DNA of 32,000 bases from Ignicoccus pacificus DSM 13166 (GTDB lineage Archaea > Thermoproteota > Thermoprotei_A > Sulfolobales > Ignicoccaceae), in NCBI GenBank assembly GCA_025340205.1, contig CP006868.1, positions 90,001 to 122,000 of the forward strand, in the 5' to 3' direction. Positions 1 to 8,504 of the stretch are shown here, in pieces. The notes beneath the pieces were generated by a model. The model was given only the letters and a program-made list of their open reading frames with translations, had not been told where the DNA came from and did not search any database. A program made the translations under genes and the position numbers. The first letter of the stretch is position 1; each line of letters opens with the position of its first letter.

Positions 1-1
1 G

Positions 2-61
2 GACAATAAGAAGGTAGTGAAGACTGTGAAGAAGATGTTAACTAACGCGTGTTCTCTCTAA
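2..61 (+). CDS. 3' end of an upstream CDS (partial): DNKKVVKTVKKMLTNACSL*
   Basis: Open frame from window start to TAA at 59-61, Lys-rich, just upstream of the DsrM/K-like pair. Identity not recognisable. Confidence 0.4.
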   Translation, partial: DNKKVVKTVKKMLTNACSL

Positions 62-131
62 AACCACATTTTTGAAAATTTAACTATGGGTGATTTATTC
101 ATAATTAGCTTGTAGAATGGGGTGATGTAGA

Positions 132-956
132 GTGAACGTTGGCGGCTGGGCCTCGCCGAGCAATTTGTTAGGATTCGCACTGTACTACATGCTAGTACCC
201 AGCGTCTTCGTCTTCGCCGCCGGAGCGTCTTATAGAATAGTGAGGATGCTAGCGACCGCCAGATTCCCACCGGCGCAGAGAAGACCTTGGAGTTGGATAG
301 AAGCAATTAAGGGCATAATATGGGTATTCCTAAGGCCTATCGTGTTCGTCGGAAAGACCAGAACTGACGACTTGATAGTGGGTCTAATCTTGCTACACGT
401 CGTGGGAGTAATACCAGTGCTCTTCCTGTTGGCTCAGCACATGTCTTGGTGGGTCTACTACTTCCCGCCGTACAAGTATCTATGGATATTCGCAGTACCG
501 TTGAGTATCACCAGCAGCGTATTGACCGTGACCGCCACCGTTGTGCCCACTACAACCATGTCACACGTCTTCGTGGACACCATATGGGGACCACTGACCG
601 CTATACTGAACGGCGACCTATTGGCGATATTCGTCATGGTCGCCATAGGCTACAAGTGTGCTCTGAGGCTAGTAGAGCTGATAACTAAGCACAGTCACAC
701 TCCCAGAAGACTAGGCGACTTCATCGCTTACGCTCTGCTCTTCGGCATAATATTCAGCGGATACGTGGCAGCTAGACACAGACCCTCTCCTGATGTGGCT
801 ACGTATATGAACGTATTAGGACTCCACGTGCTGCTAGCAGAGATACTGCTCATGTACATCCCATTCAGCAAGTATTGGCACTTCGTGTTTGGTTATTGGT
901 ATGGTAAGCTCCATGAGTGGTATGATACGGATCTGAAGAGGGGTGAGGCGCTATGA
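132..956 (+). CDS. Polytopic membrane protein, DsrM/HdrE/NarI-like (cytochrome b-type gamma subunit)
   Basis: 274 aa ORF, GTG start, several hydrophobic helices with His residues. Its stop overlaps the start of an HdrD/DsrK-like Fe-S protein. Confidence 0.65.
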   Translation: MNVGGWASPSNLLGFALYYMLVPSVFVFAAGASYRIVRMLATARFPPAQRRPWSWIEAIKGIIWVFLRPIVFVGKTRTDDLIVGLILLHVVGVIPVLFLLAQHMSWWVYYFPPYKYLWIFAVPLSITSSVLTVTATVVPTTTMSHVFVDTIWGPLTAILNGDLLAIFVMVAIGYKCALRLVELITKHSHTPRRLGDFIAYALLFGIIFSGYVAARHRPSPDVATYMNVLGLHVLLAEILLMYIPFSKYWHFVFGYWYGKLHEWYDTDLKRGEAL

Positions 957-2413
957 GTAGTCCGGGTATGGAAGGAGGAAATAATATGATGGAACAAATG
1001 ATGAAGATGCTGCAGAGCGGAAAGGTCGACTTAGACACCGCAATAAAGAACGCTATGAAGAACGTCGACGCAGTAATGATGCACTATCTAGAGAACTGCC
1101 TAAACTGTGGTGGCTGTGCTCCAGCGTGTCCGTTCTTTGCAGCAGGGCCAGAGTATAGTCCGGTGAACAAGGCCGAGGAGGTAAGAAAGATATACAGAAA
1201 GGAGATGACCATAGCCGGAAAGATACTGGGAAGACTCGTCGGAGCGGAGAAGCCGAAGCCCGAGGACATGGATAGACTAATGGAACTAGCTTATGCGTGC
1301 ACTAACTGTGGCCACTGCTACTACACTTGTATGGTTGGCATACACAGCGGAAAGGTCGTAGGACTACTGAAAAGCATACTGACCTCTGCTGGATATGTAC
1401 CAACCCTCTTGAACATGTTTGAAGCCGTGGAGCTTCATGGTATGTACAAACAAATACCCGGTATAATGAAGATATGGAACGACGCCCTCGAGGAGGCACA
1501 GAAGAAGTATGGTCCAATAGAGTTTGATAAGAGCTTCAAGGGTTCAACTGACAAGAAGCCCAAGGTATTGTTCCTAGCTTGGATAAGCGATGCGATGATG
1601 ATGAGGAACGGCTTCATAGCAACTATAGGGATATTGAACAAACTCAAGGAAGCTGGCCTAATAGACTGGACCACTTGGAAGGTACCAGAGGCGTTCAGAG
1701 CCCCCATAAGCGTCGTTATCGGAAGATCTGCTAATGCTAAGAAAGTGCTAGAGAGAGTGGTGAAGTACATCGAAGCGATATCGCCAGACTACGTCCTAAT
1801 GATGGATGGAGGATACCCGTATCCTGTATTCAGATTTGAGATGTATGGTGTGATAAAGAAGACTGTCGGCGGAAAGCCTAAGTGGAAGATAGTACACTTG
1901 GTGGAGTTCCTAGACGACTTAATGAAGGAGGGCAAGATAGGGTTCGAGCAAGCGGATGATCCGATAACTTGGCACGACCCATGCCAGCTCGGAAGACACT
2001 CCAGGGTGTTCGAGCCTCCTAGGGACTTGCTAAAGGCCGCGAGCAGCAGCTACAGAGATCTGCCTCACAATAGAGAGATGAACTTCTGCTGCGGTGGTGG
2101 AGGAGGAATAGGATGTATACTAAGAGAAGTAAGGATAACTATGGGCCAGATAGTTGGTATGGAGATAAGGATACCTCCCAAGGAGGAGGAGTTCGAGAGA
2201 AGGGTAGAGAGGAACCATCTAATAGCAGTTAGGAGAAAGATGGAGGACGTGAAGAAGAGCGGTGCAAAGATAGTCGCGACTGCTTGTCCAGCATGTGTAG
2301 AGACCATAGCTAGAGGTGTAAGGCACTACGGAAAGGAGATGGGTATAGAGGACGTAAAGGTAATCCACATAAGCGAGTACCTCGTGGATAAGCTCAAGGT
2401 CTACACACACTAA
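953..2413 (+). CDS. Heterodisulfide reductase D / DsrK-like (Fe-S)-binding oxidoreductase subunit
   Basis: 486 aa with CLNCGGCAPACP and CTNCGHCYYTC 4Fe-4S motifs, then a CCG-domain region (DPCQLGRHSRVFEPPR...FCCGGGGG...CPACVET). Confidence 0.88.
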   Translation: MSSPGMEGGNNMMEQMMKMLQSGKVDLDTAIKNAMKNVDAVMMHYLENCLNCGGCAPACPFFAAGPEYSPVNKAEEVRKIYRKEMTIAGKILGRLVGAEKPKPEDMDRLMELAYACTNCGHCYYTCMVGIHSGKVVGLLKSILTSAGYVPTLLNMFEAVELHGMYKQIPGIMKIWNDALEEAQKKYGPIEFDKSFKGSTDKKPKVLFLAWISDAMMMRNGFIATIGILNKLKEAGLIDWTTWKVPEAFRAPISVVIGRSANAKKVLERVVKYIEAISPDYVLMMDGGYPYPVFRFEMYGVIKKTVGGKPKWKIVHLVEFLDDLMKEGKIGFEQADDPITWHDPCQLGRHSRVFEPPRDLLKAASSSYRDLPHNREMNFCCGGGGGIGCILREVRITMGQIVGMEIRIPPKEEEFERRVERNHLIAVRRKMEDVKKSGAKIVATACPACVETIARGVRHYGKEMGIEDVKVIHISEYLVDKLKVYTH

Positions 2414-2424
2414 AGACATTTTTG

Positions 2425-2440
2425 GGGAGCTCTAGCTCCC
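2425..2440. terminator. Perfect inverted repeat GGGAGC-TCTA-GCTCCC after the hdrD-like gene
   Basis: 6-bp perfect stem with 4-nt loop in the intergenic gap, 11 nt after the stop codon, preceded by ATTTTT. Confidence 0.35.
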
Positions 2441-2472
2441 TCAAATTCTTCCTTATTCCTTAAGGGATTCAT

Positions 2473-3789
2473 GTGATTTGTCGCGAAACTTGTGCAAAGG
2501 TTCTAGAAGAGGTAGACCTTACTGGATTGATTTCATATCTTCAGTATCTTTCTGAAAAGAGTAAGTGTTCCATTTCTGTAAATTTAGACGTAAATAAAGG
2601 ACTAATCAAGATAAGAGTTTGTTGTGCGAGAAGCAAGAAGATAACGAAGATAGTTGAAGAAAGAATCATGGCGATAAGAAATCTCGAGAAGAGTAGATGT
2701 ATAAGATTTAGAAAGAATGTAGTGGATATGAAGCTATTTCTTATTAGAGATAGACATATATGTATAGGTAAGGAGTTTGAGACTGGAGCTCCTTATTGTA
2801 TTCCTCTGAAAGCTCTCGAGAGGCATGCCGTCATAATGGGTTCTACGGGATCTGGGAAGAGTACCACAACAAAGAAGATATTGAAGGAAATCGGTAAGAA
2901 CTTGTTGGTCCTTGACTGGCATGGTGAATATGACGATCTTGAATTTGAGGTGGTTGATTGCATAAGCTTTAGGAATCTGAGGGAGATTGGAAGGGGAGAA
3001 CTCGTTGACTCTTTAGCCAGCTCTTTAGGGCTTTCTGATTCTCAATATTACTTATTGATGAAAGTCGTACAAAGCTTATGGGTGAAGAATAGAGACTTCG
3101 GGTTGCGGGACATAATCTTTCACATCAAAGCGTTAGATGAGAGCAGCAGGTGGGTCAGAGAAAGCAAATATGCTCTATTAAAAAGACTAGAGATGCTACT
3201 TCATGAAGAGGGTTGTCAAACGGAGATAGAGGAGGTGATCAAGAAAAGTAAAGGGGGCATAATAGTTGATTTGAGTACCAATAGCGAGTATGGAAAGAGA
3301 TTCATTTCAAATGCCATCCTAGCACATGCCTTTACCAAGGCTAGGGCTAAGAAGTTGAGGAAGCTTTTCATAGTTCTTGAAGAAGCTCACAACGTGGCGC
3401 CGAAGACCACAGAACTGAGCTTAGCGGAGAAGATTTACATGGAGGGTAGAAAATATGGCCTTCATTTGATAGCGGTAACGCAGTCGCCTAGGAAGTTAAG
3501 TGATGGTATTCTCAGAAACTCTGCATTGAAAGTAGTCCACGCTTTAGAGGACGTCGAAGATGCAAAGTATATCGCAAATAGTATAGGATATCCAGATCTA
3601 TGGAAGGAATTCTTGTATTTGGACGTTGGACACGCTTACTTCTACTTCAAGAAGCCTATCCACGTAGTTATTGAGTCCAACAATATCGAAAGAACTCCTC
3701 CCACTCCTCCTGAGAATGTTCTCGACAAGGAATCTTTTCGCAGTTTAGAACTCGAAGAGCGTTCTCGAGGGACCTCTGAAGTCCACTAG
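2473..3789 (+). CDS. HerA-type / DUF87 bipolar-helicase-like ATPase
   Basis: 438 aa; Walker A MGSTGSGKSTTTKK, LLVLDWHGEYD, LFIVLEEAHNVAP Walker B, and VTQSPRKL sensor-like region typical of HerA/FtsK ATPases. Confidence 0.85.
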   Translation: MICRETCAKVLEEVDLTGLISYLQYLSEKSKCSISVNLDVNKGLIKIRVCCARSKKITKIVEERIMAIRNLEKSRCIRFRKNVVDMKLFLIRDRHICIGKEFETGAPYCIPLKALERHAVIMGSTGSGKSTTTKKILKEIGKNLLVLDWHGEYDDLEFEVVDCISFRNLREIGRGELVDSLASSLGLSDSQYYLLMKVVQSLWVKNRDFGLRDIIFHIKALDESSRWVRESKYALLKRLEMLLHEEGCQTEIEEVIKKSKGGIIVDLSTNSEYGKRFISNAILAHAFTKARAKKLRKLFIVLEEAHNVAPKTTELSLAEKIYMEGRKYGLHLIAVTQSPRKLSDGILRNSALKVVHALEDVEDAKYIANSIGYPDLWKEFLYLDVGHAYFYFKKPIHVVIESNNIERTPPTPPENVLDKESFRSLELEERSRGTSEVH

Positions 3790-4225
3790 ATGTGTCTACG
3801 CAAGAGAGTAACTCACCGTATTCTTCTTTAAGAATATGTAAATAGGAGCCCACGAGCTCTGCCTCTAAGTTTGAACAAATTTTCTCTTTGCAGTATCCCT
3901 TCTCTTCCATTCTTCTTATCAAGTCATTTACGTTAGCTTGTAAGTAAATGACTTTCTTTACTTTATCTCGAGGTACGAAGTCTACAACCACTCCTTCGAT
4001 AATATAGCAACCCTTTAAATCATTTATAAATTCCTCAAGTTTATCCATATCAACAACATATACGTTATTTCCGCACTCATCTTTCTCTACTTCAATATAC
4101 CATCCTCTTTCTCGGACTAGGTCGGTGACAGCTATCCTTTTGCATCCGGTAGCTTTTGAAAGCTCTTCTGCTAAGGTACTCTTTCCACTTCCAGGGACCC
4201 CGCTGAGTAGTATTAACTCTCTCAA
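3668..4225 (-). CDS. AK6/Fap7-like adenylate kinase family NTPase
   Basis: 185 aa; P-loop GVPGSGKSTLAEEL, YIIEGVVVDFVP, VIYLQANVNDLIRRMEEKGY resembling the archaeal putative adenylate kinase family. Confidence 0.75.
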   Translation of the reverse strand: MRELILLSGVPGSGKSTLAEELSKATGCKRIAVTDLVRERGWYIEVEKDECGNNVYVVDMDKLEEFINDLKGCYIIEGVVVDFVPRDKVKKVIYLQANVNDLIRRMEEKGYCKEKICSNLEAELVGSYLHILKEEYGELLSCVDTSSGLQRSLENALRVLNCEKIPCREHSQEEWEEFFRYCWTQ

Positions 4226-4274
4226 TGTTCCCTACCTCTTATCACTCCCCCCTTGAGAGCCAAGCGGGAGTGAA

Positions 4275-5120
4275 ATGCTGTACGGCTGGTCTGCTTGGAG
4301 AGGACACTTGAAGAATTGGGAGAGGCTCGTGGAGGAGGTCAGTGACAGCGGATTCGGATACGTTGAACTTAGCCTGGATTTCCCGCTGCCCTACAAGGCG
4401 GAAGAAGTTCGTGAAGCTGTTAAAAGACTAAGAGAAAAGAACCTCAAGGTTTCGATTCACGCCCCTTGGAGGGGTGTCGACCTCGCTACACCGTGGGAAA
4501 GTATAAGGAAAGGGGCATTAGAACTAATGGAACTCACGGCCTCCATAGCTCATAGTATAGAGGCCGAGTACGTGGTACTTCACATGACGACGCCGGAAAA
4601 GCTAGATCAAGATGTGAGGGATAAGGTAATAGAAAGTGCTATCAAGTCTGCAAAGAGAATAGTGGAGATCAGCGAGGAATATTCTGTTCCAATGTACATA
4701 GAGAACGTGGGAAAGCTTGGTCACCCGGATACCTTTGGTAAGATAATGGATGAAAGCGGGGCTGAGTTTTGTTTAGATCTAGCTCACGCTATCGTTGATT
4801 TCGCTAGAAGACACAAGGTGGAATTAGATAGAGTTGACGTGGATGATGTGATGAACATGTGGATAAGTTCTCTGAAGAATAATATAAAATGCGTCCACGT
4901 ACATGGAGTCGTCAATGAAGATGGCAAGATTAGATCTCACCAAGCGTTAGGCTATCCCCTTACCAAGAGAGTGGTGGCGAAGACTATAGCGCAAGCCAGT
5001 CCAGAATACGTTACCCTGGAGATATACTATAATAAGGGAAAAGAAGTAGGTCCGAGGTTTGTCGCAAGAGAGGTGGAAGAGATTAATTCTTGGCTTCGCG
5101 TATATCGTAAATCGAAATAG
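4275..5120 (+). CDS. TIM-barrel sugar phosphate isomerase / AP endonuclease (endonuclease IV)-like protein
   Basis: 281 aa; pattern GFGYVELSLDFP, VSIHAPW, YVVLHMTT, MYIENVGK, FCLDLAHA, VHVHGV is typical of the AP endonuclease 2 fold. Confidence 0.82.
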   Translation: MLYGWSAWRGHLKNWERLVEEVSDSGFGYVELSLDFPLPYKAEEVREAVKRLREKNLKVSIHAPWRGVDLATPWESIRKGALELMELTASIAHSIEAEYVVLHMTTPEKLDQDVRDKVIESAIKSAKRIVEISEEYSVPMYIENVGKLGHPDTFGKIMDESGAEFCLDLAHAIVDFARRHKVELDRVDVDDVMNMWISSLKNNIKCVHVHGVVNEDGKIRSHQALGYPLTKRVVAKTIAQASPEYVTLEIYYNKGKEVGPRFVAREVEEINSWLRVYRKSK

Positions 5121-5652
5121 GAATCTTAGGCAACTTAATTCCTCTCTGACCCTGGTAATGACCTCTTACGCTGTAATCTCTCTCTACAGGAGAGTCCAAT
5201 CTAACTAAGATAAAGTGGACGAATGGAATACCTGCTTTGAGCTTTACGGGAAAGCTACTTCCAATTACTTCTATTACTATCTGTCCTTCGAAGCCAGCGT
5301 CCACTACCGTTGGAGGAATGTACAATCCCAATCGCGCCAAGGTACTTTTGAGATTCACTAGGGCAACTAGATCGTAAGGTATCCTGACGACTTCCAGTGT
5401 ATGAAGAAGGACATGTTCGTAAGGTTTGATGACTAATCCGCCCTCCTTGCATAAGTCGCCCCTTTCATAATACTCCTCGATGTCTTCCTCTGAGGTGACG
5501 TCCAGAACCTTATTTATTCTCTTAAATCTGGCATACTCGCACCCGATCCTGAGGTCTACACCGTTCTCACTTAGGAGTGATTCGTCAAAGGGTTCTATTT
5601 TCATGAGACCTCTCTGAATGTACGCCTTTATTCCTCTGTCAGACAGTATCAT
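5083..5652 (-). CDS. dcd: dCTP deaminase / dUTPase family protein
   Basis: MILSDRGIKAYI..., VDLRIG, FVLHTLEVVRIPYDLVALVNLKSTLARLGL, DAGFEGQIVIEV, HFILVRLDSPVERDYS..GHYQGQRGI motifs. Confidence 0.88.
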   Translation of the reverse strand: MILSDRGIKAYIQRGLMKIEPFDESLLSENGVDLRIGCEYARFKRINKVLDVTSEEDIEEYYERGDLCKEGGLVIKPYEHVLLHTLEVVRIPYDLVALVNLKSTLARLGLYIPPTVVDAGFEGQIVIEVIGSSFPVKLKAGIPFVHFILVRLDSPVERDYSVRGHYQGQRGIKLPKIPISIYDIREAKN

Positions 5653-5702
5653 CTAGAGCCCTTTTACCGTTTAGGAATGATATCCCTCAAAAAACTGTGG
5701 AC

Positions 5703-6275
5703 TCACTTCTTGTACTTCAGTAGTTCTATTGTGCTCACAGAAGTACCTATTAGCCTCTTGGTGGTACCCTTCACCATGTATACCTTTGTGGTAAGCTCAG
5801 CTTCTTGTAATATTAAGAGATTCTTGTCAATTTTCTCATATCCCTTAAACACAATTAGCATGTTATGCCCTGGCAAGCTCTGCGTTAAGTTTAACGTGAA
5901 TGTACAAATGTCACCGGTACAGTTGTGGGGAGCTTTCTCTAATAGTTCCTTGAACTTTGACTCAGTTAAGAAGGGTAGAGAGACGTTCTTCCAATTGGGA
6001 TTAACAGTAATAGTGGTGTTTATAGTCTTAGTTGTGGACTTGGTAGTAACGATTGTGGCGTTTCCATAGATTCTAAATGTTACCTTAGTGCCGTTAACCC
6101 TGATTACCTCATATGTAACGTAGATGTCCAGACTCTTCCCGCGAAGGGCTAGGAGACCAGTATTCTTGACAGTCTGATGATACGTTGCTGAGAAACCCGG
6201 GTGGGCCCAGGGCTGGGCTAGCACCAATCCTACCAACGCTAACAGAAACACGGATCTCATCATTCTGTGCCCCAA
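5703..6275 (-). CDS. Predicted secreted or envelope protein of unknown function (true start probably at second Met, about 6263)
   Basis: 190 aa with N-terminal signal-like MMRSVFLLALVGLVLAQPW, then a Thr/Asn-rich extracellular-type sequence with several N-x-T sites. Confidence 0.65.
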   Translation of the reverse strand: MGHRMMRSVFLLALVGLVLAQPWAHPGFSATYHQTVKNTGLLALRGKSLDIYVTYEVIRVNGTKVTFRIYGNATIVTTKSTTKTINTTITVNPNWKNVSLPFLTESKFKELLEKAPHNCTGDICTFTLNLTQSLPGHNMLIVFKGYEKIDKNLLILQEAELTTKVYMVKGTTKRLIGTSVSTIELLKYKK

Positions 6276-6304
6276 GGCCTACGCGTTTCTGCCCTTTAAA
6301 ACGA

Positions 6305-6318
6305 AGTACGACGCTTAC
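6305..6318. promoter_or_regulatory. Candidate TATA-like element (CTTTATACT) in a divergent intergenic region
   Basis: AT-rich TTTATA between divergently oriented genes 5703-6275(-) and 6368-6784(+). Spacing is compatible with an archaeal promoter. Confidence 0.35.
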
Positions 6319-6367
6319 CCCCTACTTTATACTCCAAGGGGACTAGCGTAGTAACGGGTAAAGGCCA

Positions 6368-6784
6368 ATGAGACGTAGGAGAAAAATCCCGTTGACGGTA
6401 GATGATATAATGACAACTCCTCCTTTGACCGTCGATCCAGAAGAGGACGTGGTGGACGTGGCTAAGAAGATGTTAGAACACGGCTTCGGGTCTGCCCTAG
6501 TTGTAGAAGACGACAAGCTCATTGGAATAATTACCGAACATGATCTGCTCTATGCCTTGAGCGAAGGAGAAAAGGGTGTGAAATTAAAGGCTAGAGACGT
6601 AATGACCGAAGACCCGATAACTGTGAAGACAAAGACTGACATTATGGAAGCAATAAGAGTAATGAAAGACGCAAACGTAAGACATCTGCCGGTGGTCGAC
6701 CACAAAGGACGCCCAGTAGGAGTCGTAGCCTTCCGTGATATATTGGAGAGCTTGATGCTGCTATTGCACTTCTTCTACTGTTAA
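6368..6784 (+). CDS. CBS domain-pair protein
   Basis: 138 aa; DIMTTPPLTVDPEEDVVDVAKKMLEHGFGSALVVEDDKLIGIITEHDLL...DVMTEDPITVKTKTDIMEAIRVMKDANVRHLPVVD: two CBS motifs. Confidence 0.92.
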   Translation: MRRRRKIPLTVDDIMTTPPLTVDPEEDVVDVAKKMLEHGFGSALVVEDDKLIGIITEHDLLYALSEGEKGVKLKARDVMTEDPITVKTKTDIMEAIRVMKDANVRHLPVVDHKGRPVGVVAFRDILESLMLLLHFFYC

Positions 6785-6811
6785 AACCTCTAACCCCCCT
6801 TTCCTATTCTT

Positions 6812-7306
6812 TTGGGTACGTCTCTGATGAGCGTTAAGCTGGGTAAGCTCAAGGCTCTCCTCCTACCAGCGGATGTGATGATAGTAATTTATGATAAGAT
6901 AAGTAAGAGGGCGGATGAAGTAACGGCAGCTCTTGTGCTATATGAAGTTGGGAAGGAGATGGGCGCTAGGATAGCCCGTAACGCGTTTGAAAAAGTAATG
7001 GAACCCAAAGAGGCGTTCTCGAAAATACCGGAACTATTGAGGTGGATAGGTCTTGAGGGTATAGTAAAGGATAGCAAGGTGTACATGCCCTCCGCCTTAG
7101 GAATAGCTACGGAAGATGAGGAGGGCGTCTGTCACTTTGAAAGGGGACTAATAGCAGGCTTCATGAGCGGATTGACTAGGGCTCCTTGGGAAGCGGTCGC
7201 TGAAATTGGTGACGAGGGATGCGTGATCAAGCCCCGCGTTGGAGGTGTTAAGATCGAGGAGGTTGAGGAACTTGACGAAAGGGTGCGAAGTAGGCTTCAA
7301 GGGTAA
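6812..7306 (+). CDS. V4R-like small ligand-binding-domain protein (tentative)
   Basis: 164 aa; C-terminal EEGVCHFERGLIAGFMSGLTRAPWEAVAEIGDEGCVIKPRV resembles the V4R pattern. Confidence 0.5.
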   Translation: MGTSLMSVKLGKLKALLLPADVMIVIYDKISKRADEVTAALVLYEVGKEMGARIARNAFEKVMEPKEAFSKIPELLRWIGLEGIVKDSKVYMPSALGIATEDEEGVCHFERGLIAGFMSGLTRAPWEAVAEIGDEGCVIKPRVGGVKIEEVEELDERVRSRLQG

Positions 7307-8504
7307 GACCTTAATCGATGGGGAACTTAGAGAAGTAACTCTGATATCCAAAGGAGAGATCTTGGAGGTAAGATCATCATCTCCTCCTTGTCCTTGTGAA
7401 ATATGCATTAAAGAGAATGATCTAATAGCGTTACCCGGAATGATAGACATACACATTCATGCGAGGGATTGGAACTTAAGCTACAAAGAGACGATAGAGA
7501 GCGCTACTAGAGCAGCGCTAAGAGGCGGAGTGGTAGCGGTATTCGACATGCCCAATACCTCTCCCAAGGTAGATACCTTTGAGAGAGTGAAGAAGAGGAT
7601 AGAAGATTTTAACGAGAAATCTTACGTCGATTTCGGAGTTTACTCTGCTTTACCCCCTAGCGAGGAGGAGTTGAGAAGGGTACTAGGACTGCCCATAGCT
7701 GGGATAAAGCTATTTCCCGAGGATTACAGAAGAGCAGAGATGTTAAGGGATGCGAACGTCTTTACGATAGTTCATCCGGAGTGGCCGGATATGATCAAGG
7801 AAAGCCCTAATCCGGGCGAAAGGAGCTATACAAGAAATCCGCTAGCTGAATTAGAGGCCGTAAAAAGGTTAAGCTTCTTGAAGAACGTACACTTCACGCA
7901 TGTCTCCTTCCCGGAGGCTGTGAGAGAGGCGAGGAGAAGGAGGAAGAGCTTCGACAGCACGCCTCATCATCTTCTCCTGAATTCTAGAAGGGAAAGAGAG
8001 CTCGGATGTTACTCTAAGGTAAATCCCCCTCTTAGATCGGAAAGCGTTCAGAGAGAACTCTTGGAGGAGTTCTTGAGGAGTCCGTGGATAATATCAACAG
8101 ATCACGCACCTCATGCTCCCTATGAGAAAGACAGAGACTTCCTCTCTTGTCCATCAGGATTTCCGGGACTGGAAGTGGCTTTACCTAAGTTGCTTAGCTT
8201 GGTAAAGACTGGTTTAATTACTTTAAAGGATGTCGTGTGGTCGTACTCAGAGGGGCCAGCGAAGCTCATGGGCTTGTGGCCGAAGCTGGGAGCTCTTAAG
8301 AGCGGCTCCCTTGCATCTTTCACGATAGTTAGGCTCAGCTCAAAAACACTGAATCCCCTGGAATTTGAGAGTAAGGCGAAGTTCAGTCCCTTCGAAGGAA
8401 CCCCCGTTGGGGAGGTGGTAGCCACCGTGATTCGAGGAACCCTAGCATATCATGAAGGAAGCTTCAAGAAACCCCAAGCGAGGAACATAGTCGAGCTCGC
8501 ATGA
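7239..8504 (+). CDS. pyrC: Dihydroorotase / amidohydrolase family
   Basis: ALPGMIDIHIHARDWNLSYKETIESATRAALRGGVVAVFDMPNTSP, FTIVHPEW, HFTHVSFPEA, IISTDHAPHAPYEKD: cyclic amidohydrolase motifs. The exact start is uncertain. Confidence 0.87.
   Translation: MEVLRSRRLRNLTKGCEVGFKGKTLIDGELREVTLISKGEILEVRSSSPPCPCEICIKENDLIALPGMIDIHIHARDWNLSYKETIESATRAALRGGVVAVFDMPNTSPKVDTFERVKKRIEDFNEKSYVDFGVYSALPPSEEELRRVLGLPIAGIKLFPEDYRRAEMLRDANVFTIVHPEWPDMIKESPNPGERSYTRNPLAELEAVKRLSFLKNVHFTHVSFPEAVREARRRRKSFDSTPHHLLLNSRRERELGCYSKVNPPLRSESVQRELLEEFLRSPWIISTDHAPHAPYEKDRDFLSCPSGFPGLEVALPKLLSLVKTGLITLKDVVWSYSEGPAKLMGLWPKLGALKSGSLASFTIVRLSSKTLNPLEFESKAKFSPFEGTPVGEVVATVIRGTLAYHEGSFKKPQARNIVELA

Noticed and set aside
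446-688. Small ORFs 58-306, 446-688, 458-646, 1084-1269, 1302-1517, 1435-1770, 2065-2307, 2219-2419 overlapping the first two genes
   Set aside because: Out-of-frame or antisense shadows of the DsrM/K-like genes, no supporting motifs.
7148-7456. 102 aa minus-strand ORF
   Set aside because: Antisense shadow of the V4R-like and pyrC genes.
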